A DNA stretch of 64,000 bases, taken from the human T2T-CHM13v2.0 reference genome, Homo sapiens. The stretch lies in assembly GCF_009914755.1 (NCBI RefSeq), contig NC_060935.1, one strand, 5' to 3'. This document shows positions 12,436 to 23,679 of the stretch, in pieces. Made by a program: the position numbers and the translations under genes. Position 1 is the first letter of the stretch. Each line of letters begins with the position of its first letter. Under the pieces are notes generated by a model. The model searched no databases, was not told the origin of the DNA, and was given only the letters and a program-made list of their open reading frames with translations.

Positions 12436-13675
12436 TTTGTGTGGTGAGTGGGTAGGTTGCATTTACCTTTGTGGAGGTAACTAGCACCTTGACATATGCA
12501 TATTATGTTTTTGGCAAATACCTGCTGAAAAAGAGGGCATTTTTACAGCTGTGAAGTCATTTGTTTCCACTCCATGGTCTATAGAAAACAGAAAATCACT
12601 GACACCATCTCCCTGCTCTCTTTCTCCAACAGCACAGCTTTCAGTAGCAGAAAGTGCTCATTAGAATGGATACCCAAACTTTGCCTTAGTCCCTCCCAGA
12701 GCCTCAGCCAGTCCTGTTCTGTTCTGTTCAGGGTTGAAAAGATTTATAGCATCCTTTAGCTGCTGACGATGTTTCCCTATTGATCCTGCTTCCGGAGCTC
12801 TGCTCAGGGGACAGGGAGTGACCAAAATGCTAAATTTTTATCAGGTTCACTGCAAAATCAGCCAGACAGCCCAGGCCTCCTTTGGGACCCAGAGCTAAAG
12901 GTGGAGAGCCACTGAGTCACACACTTCCTCCTGATCCACAGTGGGCAAATTTTCCCCCTCTCTTTAGTCAGTGCCTCAAGAGCCAGTTTCCAAATTTAAT
13001 CCAAGGTCTTTGCCTGAAGATTTTCCTCTTCCCTCCCTCCTAAGACACTCACTCCACCACAGCCACACTACACCATTCACAGACCACCACTATAGCCCAT
13101 TTCACACTACTGACCTGGATTCACCAAAAACGTTTCATCTTCACTATCAGTCTTTAAACTTTTTGAGGGTAGGGACTGTATAGCTCTAGCACCTAGAACA
13201 GTGTCTGATGTTGAAAATGTTGGATGAAAGAAGAACATACATACTGGTCAGTTTTCACAGCAGGAACTAAGAATATGAGAAGACACTGTTACCATGGATA
13301 AATTATAAATGCCAAACTTCAGTTCTAAGATTCTGCAGGCAGCAACATCATTCATTTTATGTCTTGATATAAAAACCCTTATTCATGGAAAAAAACTGTG
13401 TCAGGGATGGCCAAGTAGGTATACGTAGATCACCCCTTCCTATGATCACGTCTATGACAGACATCATTATTTGCTCAAGGTGTCCTATTTCCATGAGTGT
13501 CCAGGCAGCCATTACTAATCATGAGAGATCAAACCTGTGTGCCCTCCTTCAGCTAGGAGCAACGCACCTTGGTTTTCACAGTCTAATTGAAAAGAAAACG
13601 ATTTCACATTTAAAAAATGAAATAACATGAAGTAACAGTAAAATCCCTCATCATAGTTTATTTATTCATGTAACA

Positions 13676-13985
<310 letters not shown>

Positions 13986-13995
13986 TCATGTAACA

Positions 13996-14200
13996 AAAAT
14001 TTATTGAGCATTTATTATATGTAAAGAACAATGTGAAATAAGTGCTGGGGATATATAAAGATAAATGAGGTGTAGTCTCTGCCTTCACGGAGTTTCTGGT
14101 CTAATAGAGAATGCAGAAACATGCTGTTAATATACAATGTGGTAAGTCGTAGAGTAGGGAAAATACAGGATGCTGTGGGAATTGACTGGAATACCTTGGG
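13996..14200 (-). mobile_element. L2 3' fragment
   Basis: atttattgagcattta...gtgctggggatatataaagataaatgag...tctctgccttcacggagttt. Confidence 0.75.
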
Positions 14201-14228
14201 AATTCCAGGATGTACCTAAAAAGGTTAC

Positions 14229-14742
14229 TGTATTAGTTTCCTGACATTGCTGTAGCAAATGACCACAAACTGGAGGCTTTAAACAACAGAAAATTATTAT
14301 TTCATGGTTCTGGAGGCCAGAAATCCAAAATCCATATCACTGGATTTAAAATCAAGGTAACAGCCAGGGCCACACTCTCTCCTGAGGCTCTAAGGTGGAA
14401 TCTGTACCTTGCCTCTTCCGGTTTCTGAGGACTGCCAGAAATCCTTGGCTTGTGGCTGTGTCACTTTCCAGGTTTCAAGGCCAGGATCTTCAGGTTTCTC
14501 TCTGCTCTGTCTTCTCCTTTCCTTCTCCTCCATGTGTGTCAAATCTCCCCCTCTGTCTCTCTCTTATAAGGATACGTATCATTGCATTTAAGGCCCACCT
14601 GGAGAATCTAGGCTAATCTCCCCATCTCAGCAACCTTAACTTAATCACATCTCTAGTATTTTTGCCATGTAAGGTAACATTTATAGATTCCAGGGGTTAG
14701 CACATGGATATATTTGGGGGAGCTATTTTTCAGCCTCCCACA
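14229..14742 (-). mobile_element. MLT1C/D-like MaLR solo LTR
   Basis: tgtattagtttcctg...ccacaaactgg...ttctggaggccagaaatcc...ttaatcacatct...cagcctcccaca. Confidence 0.88.
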
Positions 14743-15379
14743 CGGACCCAGCACTAGAATCAGTGCCTGGCACATTGCAGGCACTCAATAAATGTTACAG
14801 GAATGAGTGAAGACACATCTAATCTGAGAACACATGGGTGAGTATGTAGAGAGTTGCATACTACTTGTGTGGAGAGTATGTGGGATAGGAATTGGGGTTG
14901 GGGCTGGGGAAGGAAGCAGGAAAACTAAGAGTTGGGGAAATTGATTTAGTTAGACATCAAAGTAGAACAGGCAGGATGTAGGAGGCAAGGCGAGGGACAA
15001 TGGTGGACAGCAGCAAGGACACTGAGGAGGAAAGAAATTGGGGCGGGTTGATTAATCTTTGTCAAATAAGAAGCTCCCCAGCAATCCATTTCACCAAAGG
15101 TTTTGACCCCTTTTCTGGGCTAGGACAATGAGGAGGAGGGTGGTATGATGCTGAGGATGCCACTCAGCTCCACAATTCACCTGTTTCCTGTGCCTACAAG
15201 GCCTTCCCCACCCTGCCTTCTTTGCCAACTCCTATTCACCTTCCTAGTCTCAGCCTAATTGTCTCTTCCTGACTCTCACCCTCATATCACCCTGCCTTTC
15301 TCCCATAGAGTCGAAGGCAACCAGTGACAGAAGGAGTGCAGTAGTAATGAGTAAGAACGAGGATGCTGGAATGGAGCTC

Positions 15380-15700
15380 CACCAGAACAGGAAGCTCCAT
15401 GGGCAGGGATTTTTGTGTTTTGTTCATTGCTGTGTGCCTACAGCCCAGAACAGTGCATGGCACATAGTAGACACACATTAAATATTAGTTAAAAGAATGA
15501 ATAAATGGAGTCAGACTTTTGCATTCGAATCCTGGTTACACCACTTACCAGCTGTGAGTTAGTAAATTACTCAGCCTCTCTGTGCCTCGGTGTCCTTATC
15601 TATAAAGTCAGGTACTAATATGGGCCTAATGGGGTTGTTCTGGAGAGTAGAAGAGTTGATATGGGCAAAACATTTAGAATTGTGTCTTGCTTAGAGGTGT
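15380..15700 (+). mobile_element. L2 3' end followed by MIR
   Basis: gaagctccatgggcagggatttttgt...ggcacatagtag...gaatgaat, then ggagtcagac...gaatcctgg...cctctctgtgcctc. Confidence 0.8.
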
Positions 15701-15717
15701 TTTTCAAATCAGTACTA

Positions 15718-16320
15718 CAGAGGTTCCCCAAAATTTGGTATGTATTTAATTTTAAATATACTCTAAACTATATTAAAAACTGCAATTTACAAAAGGATAC
15801 ACACTCAAAACTGTCCCATATCAACATTAACACACAGCAAAACACCAGTGCCTCAACTTGCCTTCCTCTTGTTGACCTTAAATCTGGTAAATGATCTGAT
15901 CTAAATTTTTAATATAAAGCTATACTAGCAAAATATCTCATCCCTTTGTTGGAGCTCTAAGGAGAGATTTCACTTGAAAATAGAGTATATTTTCTGGAGA
16001 AGATGACTGAGACCATGCTTATCTACTCTGATTGGTACATGATAGGATTTGATGCCATACACTTCCAAACATACGCAAAAACAGCAAAGTTTGACATATT
16101 TGAAGGAATAGCCTTGTTCCAGCTGGAAGGAAGAGAGGGCAGTCATGATTTGTTAAAATCGCCAGTGTCTTTGACCTCGTGTTCTACTGCAGTTACAAAA
16201 TGTGAGGCATCAAGATGGTGTCAGTCTTCATCTCTGCCCACCCAATGGAAAGGAACTTGTTCCAGAAATGGTAAACTGATAGAATGCTCTTTCACAAGGA
16301 ATACCTTGGCCGGTCCCCTT
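15718..16320 (+). mobile_element. Putative fossil Tc1/mariner-superfamily DNA transposon (5' end plus transposase N-terminus)
   Basis: TA+CAGAGGTTCCCCAAAA TIR-like end. Decayed peptides SLENRVYFLE, AKF, AGRKR, LLKSPVSL, LHLCP and ELVPE occur in the expected order. By-eye alignment only. Confidence 0.55.
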
Positions 16321-16321
16321 G

Positions 16322-16780
16322 AGCTGTTTTTATTCATTTATTCCAGAAATGAGAAGTAACAACCTACCATACTACAGGTATCATGCTGGGTGCTGAGGTT
16401 GTAGTGGTGAGGAGAACAAGGCAGACAAGTTCCCACTGTCATTGAGCATAGGGCTCTCAGGAAAGAAAGGTGTTAAACAATAAGAGGAAGTATGAAAAGT
16501 CCTATGACAAAGGAAGTAAGCACTCTACCATGAGAGCTGGAGTAACTCAGGTCTAAAGGGGACTTTCCTGGACTGTCCAGAGAAAGAAAGACTTAAGCTG
16601 ACATCTCAACATAAGTTGGAGGAGTTGGTTCAGTGAAAAGAAAATGCAGAGAGGTCAGGAACAGAACAATATTCCAGCTGGGAGAAGGGCATGCATGAAG
16701 GCATAGAAACCAGAGAGCATACCACGTTTGCAGAAGTAAAAGAAACTGAGTATGGCTTAACCCTAGAGCTGGTTCTGTCA
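16322..16780 (-). mobile_element. L2 fragment
   Basis: tattcatttattc...aacctaccatactacaggtatcatgctgggtgctg...attccagctgggagaagggcatg. Confidence 0.75.
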
Positions 16781-16847
16781 CTATAACAGCCCTCATTTTT
16801 CAACATGCTTACTGGTCTATCACTCAATGTATTTCTTGGCCTTTAAT

Positions 16848-17046
16848 TCCCTTCCTTCCTTCTTTCCATCCTCCCTCCCTTCCCTCCCTCCCTCCCCCGC
16901 TTCCTTCCTTCCTTCCATCTTTCTCTTTCTTTCCTCTCTTTCTTTCTTTTCTTTCTCTTTCTTTCTTTCTTTTCCTTCTCTTTCTTTCTTTTCCTTCCTT
17001 CCTTCCTTCTTCTTTCTTTTCTCTTTTCTTTCATTTCATTCCTTTT
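16848..17046. repeat. Polypyrimidine (CCTT/CTTT)n tract
   Basis: About 200 bp, almost purine-free. Confidence 0.92.
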
Positions 17047-17079
17047 TAAAATTTCAACTCTCCTTTGATTGCTGCCTGT

Positions 17080-18640
17080 CCCATTACAATATCCACTTTT
17101 CCAGATGGTCGCTACTCTTTGCCATATGTCCAACGCACCTTCAACTTTTTGATCTTCTCCAACGTCTCTGACGTTGCTTTCCAATCTTGGTATAAATGAC
17201 ACCTTCTTGTCTGGTGGCTGCCCCAGAGCTTTTCTCATCTGTCTTTCAAGGGACTCAGGTTTCACACCCACAGATAGCAATCTTCAAAGAGAGATTGACC
17301 CAGCGTAATAAACTTTCCAGGCTGGCCTTTGCAAAATGAAGTAAAGTCTTTGATCCCTCTCTGGTTGCCCCTTGGAATGAAATGAACCTTTTGAAGTAAA
17401 GTTCGGCACACTAAGAAATGACAAAACAGGGCCAGGGGAGTTACAAGGTTAAGACAAGGATGATGCTGCATGTAGGTTATTTTGTTAAAGTATGGATTTG
17501 GAGAGATTATCCAAGAACCTAGTTTAGGTTTAGGCTGTCAAAATTATCATCAGAAACTAGTTAATAATTCAAGCTGAAAGATCTTCCCCCACTATCCTGG
17601 CTGTGTGCACCAGGGTGGCAATTCCAAATCATTACACATTGTCCCCGTAAGAACTTTCCAGAATGTATTCCAGATGCCATACAAATCAATACTCAGATTC
17701 ATTTTGCACAGTCCACAAATATACACTATCTGCCTTCTAGAATTACACCTACAAACACATGGGTCTTGCCTGTGAAGTTTATGCAACAGTGGACAAACAA
17801 CAGGGCCATCTGAACACCAGCTCTCAACAACACTGAAGCCTTATGATTCACATCAACAAGGAAGGGAATCCCAAAATGCCAAGTTCACTTTGTAATCAGG
17901 TTTACCAGGCAGGAATCGTTAAGAGTTGCTCCAAGGCCTGGAAACTAGCCTCCAAATAATTCAATCCACAGTTTTCTCACTAAATCAGCTACATGTGCTA
18001 AAGACCAGTTAAAGCATGTGTTAATTAGCTATCCCCCAGATGAAGACCACAACCAGCCTCAACCAGGAAGTGTGATTACACGGTGCTCAATTCTATCACT
18101 TCCAGTTGCCAGTAGGTGGCACAAATTCAAAAATATTTTAAATTTCAGCTTTCTTTTTAAGTAGGTCCAAATGTGTCAAACCCAATCTTTGATGCTCTTG
18201 CCACATCTGTGTGAGATTAGAAGCAGTGAGAGAAATGTTTGTGAAGGGGATGGATATAACCAACTTCAATTTACCATGTTTTTAAGTAAGTTTGGCAATT
18301 TCCCTGGAGGGTGTGAAAAAACCTTGTGGTACAAAGCATTTGATCCATTGTATTATTTTTACAACTCATCATAAGGAATTGCTCTGTTGCGTAGATTTTA
18401 TTCTCTTGCCAACTCTTGGGTCCTGGGTCTTTTTATTGTCTGTCCACACTCAACACTCTTGAGTTTTGAAATATTATAGTTCAAACTTTTCCAAAGAGGA
18501 TGAAGCTGGCAGCTTCTGATGGACAGTCACTCTCTTCTTAGTCTACAAGATAGACGTCTAATAGGTGTCAAGATTTTTTAACTCTCAAAAAGAAGCTTTT
18601 GTAAAATGCATTTTTATTATGCATTCAGTAGGCAGAATTA
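17080..18640 (-). mobile_element. Putative fossil RTE-clade LINE (L4/MamRTE-like) reverse-transcriptase region
   Basis: Ordered decayed RT motifs on the minus strand: KILTPIRRL, SRVLSVDR, GYIHP, LINT, LEASFQ/LGATLND, HLEYILESSYGDNV, PRGNQR. By-eye alignment only. Confidence 0.6.
18109..18122 (+). promoter_or_regulatory. CTCF core motif (candidate)
   Basis: CCAGTAGGTGGCAC matches CCASYAGRKGGCRS at 14/14 positions. Confidence 0.55.
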
Positions 18641-19350
18641 TGTGGAAATGAGAACTGGGAATGTGAAGAAATCAAATTTCAATTCATGGAAAAAAATCTG
18701 AAATAAATATTTAAATTAGGATCTGCAAACTATGGTTTGTAGGCTTTCAAGCTGGGTCATTTGAAAGCAAAAGGAAACATACAGTGTAGGAGACACAGCA
18801 AAAAGTTTTCTGTCTTATAGAACCGAAGAGAAAAACCTAGTATCTGTATGTTTAAAAAAAAAATTGGAAAGATGAATCAAGCAACACTCAGAAGCCCCTT
18901 AGAGGTTTTGAAAGATTAATGGGTTCTGTCAGCAACTTTCAAATTCTTCAGGAAAGACTACCATAAAAACAAAAAGTATTTTGGTTATTAAGGGTTTCTT
19001 TCTGGTGATACCAAAGAATCAATTCACATGTACCTATATGTATACATATATATGTAGAGGTATATATTTTTCATGTATACTTTCTATGCACAGTTTTCCC
19101 AGGTTATTAGCTTTTTGCTCCCTCTTGATGTATAGAGAAGCAAGACTCAGACTGATTTCATTTCAAACAGATATTGAATTTCTACCCATCAGCTATGGTG
19201 AGATTTTCCCCAAGCCAGCTTCCTCACTTAGTGGTTCCATCCCTGGGTGATCTGCCAATTACCACACCAGGTTATTACTGTGACTGTTTAGGTTTGGAAG
19301 CAAAGAACTAGTCCCAGATTGCCCTACGTTGTTGATTACTCCTACCTAGC

Positions 19351-19426
19351 ACAGTGTAATTCAAAATATGGTCCCTTGAGCAGTAGTAGCAGTCTTACTT
19401 AAGAACTTGTTAGAAATGCAAATTTT
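19351..19426. mobile_element. MER5A fragment
   Basis: tcaaaatatggtcccttgagcagtagtagc...aacttgttagaaatgcaaatt. Confidence 0.7.
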
Positions 19427-19429
19427 AAT

Positions 19430-19965
19430 TTTAAAAAATTCCCTACTATATATTGACAAATAATTGTGTATATTTATAAGGTACAAAGTGATGTTATATG
19501 TATACAATGTGGATACATTGTATACATATAACATGTAGAAAGGAATATACCACTATTCTACTCTGCTACTGTGAGTTTGATTGTTTTAGATTTCCTCTGT
19601 AAGTGAGAACATGCATTATTTGACTTTCTGTTCCTGGTTTAGCATAGTGTTCACTTAGCATAATGTCCTTCAGATCCACCCATCTTGTTGAAAATGATAG
19701 AATTTCCTTCTTTTTTTAAGGTTGAGAAGTATATCTTTGTGTATATATGCCACATTTTCTCCATTCATTTGTTGATAAACACTTAGGTTGATTCTATAAC
19801 TTGGCTATTGTGAATAATGCCTAAATTGTACATAGGAGTGCAGATATCTCTTCAATGCACTGGTTTTAAATCTTTTGAATATATATCCAGAAGTGGAATT
19901 GCTAGATCACATGGTAATCCTATTTTCAGTTTGTTGAGGAACCTCCATGCAATAAATATGGCTGA
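19430..19965 (-). mobile_element. L1MA-type 3' end with internal deletion and fold-back scar
   Basis: tgtaagtgagaacatgc, cacttaggttgattctataacttggctattgtgaataatgc and ccagaagtggaattgctagatca. Confidence 0.9.
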
Positions 19966-20199
19966 AAAAAAGGAAAAAATATAGTGATGACTCTGGGGAG
20001 CCACCACATTCTCAGCTTCTTCTAGGCAGCTAAGAATATTTTAAGGAAAATTAAAATTTTTACCTTTGTAGAAAACAAAGCACACCTTAGGGTTTCCTTT
20101 CTCTTCCTACTAATCCCCAGTTTCCTTGTCTTGATCTATGTAGCTTCCTTCTCCCTTACCAAGGATTACATTCCTTGGTAATCCCAAGCTCAAAGAGCT

Positions 20200-20715
20200 T
20201 CCCAGATTATGGCTGGGGAACAAATAACCACCCCACATAATAGAAGGAAGTTTATCAATGGAATCATTAGACAAAGCTGAAACCAGATACTTCAACTAGA
20301 TCTTAAGAACTTAATCTTCTTGCCTCTGTTTTTCCCCAGGTAGGTTTTTATTCTCAGGCAATTTTCTTCATATTCTGGCCTCCAGATTCCCAGGTTTTTA
20401 TTCTCAGGCAATTTTCTGCATATTCTGGTCCCCAGATTCCCAGGCTTGATTCCAACCACATCTAGTGATCTTTTTAAGACCAGCAGAAAGACAGCATCTT
20501 ATTCTCAATGTTTCCAGTAAAGTCCCTGGTCATAGTGACCATTTCTGAATCAATCCTTGTAGCCAGAAGGTTAGAAAATTTGGACTGGAAAAGTCTAGGT
20601 TATGCAACACCCTCCTTAATAGAAGAAGAGTGAGTCTTCAACTGGAAATCAGGGTGCTATTACTAGGAGAAAGGGGTAGGGATTCCAGGAGGAGGAAAAC
20701 AAGAAATGTCCTTAT
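20200..20715 (-). mobile_element. MLT1K-like MaLR LTR (degenerate)
   Basis: gaatcaatccttgtagccaga...ggaaatcagggtgctattactaggagaaagggg...aagaaatgtcc. Confidence 0.55.
20342..20444. repeat. Tandem duplication, 2 x 50 bp
   Basis: aggtttttattctcaggcaattttct(t/g)catattctgg...cagattccc repeated with 3 mismatches. Confidence 0.95.
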
Positions 20716-20944
20716 AAGGACTATGCCTAGTCTTTGCAGCTCTTTGGTTATTCTGCAAAACCAACTAACAAGTAGTCATTGAGGCCAAGACACATAGCTA
20801 GAAATGAAATGGGAAGACCATATACAGTAGGGTTAGACAGGTTGTTTTCCCCACTCTTAAGGGAGGCTCATTTGCCTGACAGAAAGCAACCTTCTTCTGT
20901 GTCTCATATGAAAAGTGAAAAGTGAAAGGTGAGGACCATCTGAC

Positions 20945-21280
20945 TCTGATGCTCTCAGCTATGTGAGCTGAGAGCTTTCTGAGCTCCAATTTTCCCCTCT
21001 GCCCAATGGGAACTAGTACCCATCTCAGAGGTTCCTATGGGGATGATTTGAAATAATCCTTGTAATCCAAGCTGCTTAGCACAGTACCTGGCACTTAGTA
21101 AGTACTTAATAAATGTTAACTAATATTGTTGTTCATATTATTAATTATTCACTTTTCTGAACCTCAGATTCTTCCTCTGCAAAATGATGACAATATTTTC
21201 TACCTCACAGGATTGCTAACAGCATTAAATGAGATATCATCATAAAATGCCCAACATATAGTTGTGCGATAAGTATTTCT
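20945..21280 (+). mobile_element. Two tandem MIR fragments
   Basis: gcttagcacagtacctggcacttagtaagtacttaataaatg and ctgaacctcagattcttcctctgcaaaatg. Confidence 0.75.
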
Positions 21281-21599
21281 ACCTCCTTCGTTGTCATTTC
21301 TCTTCTTTTCCCTGAGTCATATCCTCAAGAGGATCACTGAAAATGCAAAGGAGATATGTCATTGCATCTTGTCTGAAATAAGGACAACTGTAGTAGCTGT
21401 GTCCCTAACCAACTGATAATTCTACCCATGGCTTGGGATTTCCCAGCCATGATGATAAAGGTCCCTTCAGCTCTGCATAGAAATGTCAGAAACAAAGGTA
21501 AAGTATGGTAAAGTATAAGGTAGGTAAAACATCGTTCTCACTCTCTCTGCTTCTTCACATCCAGGCTTTACTTATGCATTGTCTACACATGAAATATAG

Positions 21600-21945
21600 C
21601 AGTCCTCTGCCCTACCACTCATTGCCCCCATTCCCACTTTTCAGAGGCAAGTCTTAAAGCTATTTCTTTGTATTCACCATCATATTTCCAAACAATACGT
21701 TCTTCACTTTATGTCCGAATTCTATTTTTCCAGTTTAGGCATTACCTGTTGACTTGCTACTATGAAAGAGGAAGATTTTCACTTTTGCCCCACCAGCCTG
21801 CCCCCACCATCTTGAGTCCCTCATTCTCATTCTCCACATATAGCTACACCACAAGTTTTGGTTACATAGATATTCAGTGGTTACCTAAATATCGATCAAA
21901 GTGAGCCATGTGCTGTGTTATGGATTATATTTCTTTTCTTGCATA
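21600..21945 (-). mobile_element. HAL1 fragment
   Basis: ttttccagtttaggcattacctgttgacttgctactatgaaagaggaagatt resembles HAL1. Confidence 0.6.
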
Positions 21946-22136
21946 ACAAGTGTCAAAAAATTATGAAAAACTTTCAAATGGGAAAACAAGAATTAATGGC
22001 TCACCCATCCAGGCTGTCTTTGCCTTTTTTTTTTCTCTTTGGCCTATTTAACAATTCTGTAAGTTATAGAAAACCAGTATGAATGCAAGTTACTGTTATC
22101 GATTGAAATGCGAATTGATTGTGTATGGTGGAATGC

Positions 22137-22755
22137 TGGGGTAGGCAGAATTCTGAAATGACCTCCCAGTGACCCACATCTTAGAATAATCTCTTCCCCT
22201 TGAGTGTGGGCAGAACTTGTGAAGATATCATTCCTATGATTATGTTATATTATAGGGCAAAAGGGAGATTATCCCAGTGGGCCTAATCTAAGCACATAAT
22301 CCCTAATCACATGAGCCCTTTAAAGTAAAGGGTTTTCTCCGGCTGGTGGCAGAAGAGGGAATCAGAGTGATTCAAAGCACCAGAAGTATTTGACAGGCAG
22401 TTGCTGGCTTTGAAGGTGAGGGGGGTGTGTGCAAGGGCCAGAGAGGGGTTTCTAGGAGTTGACAGCAATCTCAGTGAGCAACAAACAAGGAAAACGGTGT
22501 CCTTAGTCCTATACCCACATGAGAAACAATTCAACCAGCAACCTGAATGCACCTAGAAGCTGATTCTTTCCCAGAGCCTCCAGATAGAGCCCAACCAGGC
22601 TGACACCTTGATCTTGACCTCAAGAGATTCTAAACAGAGAACTCAACTGAGCTCATCTAGACTACTGACCTACAGAACTGTGAGATAATAAATGTGTGTT
22701 GTTTTAAGCTGTGAAATTTGTGGAAATTTGTTAGACAGCAACAGAAAACTAGTAG
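22137..22755 (+). mobile_element. MLT1E-like MaLR solo LTR
   Basis: gtaggcagaattctgaaatg...ttgctggctttgaagg...cccagagcctccaga...cagaactgtgagataataaatg...cagcaacagaaaacta. Confidence 0.88.
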
Positions 22756-22999
22756 GACTCAATTGATTATTGCTTTCTGAATAGACCATTTTGCTGAATA
22801 GACCAAATTGATTCCAGAAGTCCTTGTTCCCTATCTGTGCTTCTGCTCTTTGAATTCACCCTTTGCACTGGTTGTAGAATTTTATTAGTTCCTTTCTAAA
22901 GTGATGAGTTAATAAAATCTTCGGTACATGTTCTTTTTATATTATAGTAGGCTTTATCTTTTCTTAAAGTTAGTCTTTAACACTGAAATGAACATTTTT

Positions 23000-23672
23000 T
23001 TTTCCATTTGTGTTATCCTCTGTGTGCCTGTTATTCATTCAGCCTCAAATTTTTTTTTCTTTCTAAAACTCCATTCAATATGTAAATCATATCAAGTAGT
23101 TTATCAACCATATTTTCCCCACAAGACATCTCTCCTAGAGCCCTCAATTCTGCTACTGCAGTTGGGAACGAATATCCTCTAAGGCTGCTACAGAGATGTC
23201 ATCCTGGAACTTCTCTTATCACTACTCTGAATTTCCTTCACTTCTTTTTTTCTTATCCCATTTTTTGGATTATGTGATTATACTCTCGTTCTGCAGGACA
23301 GCCTCCTTCAGTAGCTTCCTGAAAAAGGACATATGGGAGGTTTTTTGAAATCTTGCATGTCTAAATAGATTTTTCTCCCAATTTTACTTGAGTATAATTA
23401 TATGTTGTAAATAATTTTCTCTTGGAATTTTGAAGACATCGTATATTTGTATTTTAGCTTTTATTCCCCTAGAGAAGTCTTATGCTATCCTAAACCCAAC
23501 TCTTTGTATGTGGCTTGTTCCCATTGTCTCACTGTCACCACTTCTGAAGATTTTAGAATCTTATTTTTAGTCTGCAATGTAATGGAATTTCATAAGGATG
23601 TGCCTTGGTGTGCGTCCTTTTAAATTCAGAGTATTGACCAACAGATGGATCCTTTCCATACATAAACTCAGG
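23000..23672 (-). mobile_element. HAL1 fragment
   Basis: tccttcagtagcttcctgaaaaagg...ttgcatgtctaaa...gaattttgaagacat...gagaagtct...gatgtgccttggtgtg. Confidence 0.65.
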
Positions 23673-23679
23673 CTTTATA

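Noticed and set aside
18333-18344. Plus-strand KAFD peptide (RT-like)
   Set aside because: Opposite strand to all other RT motifs in the fossil; treated as coincidence.
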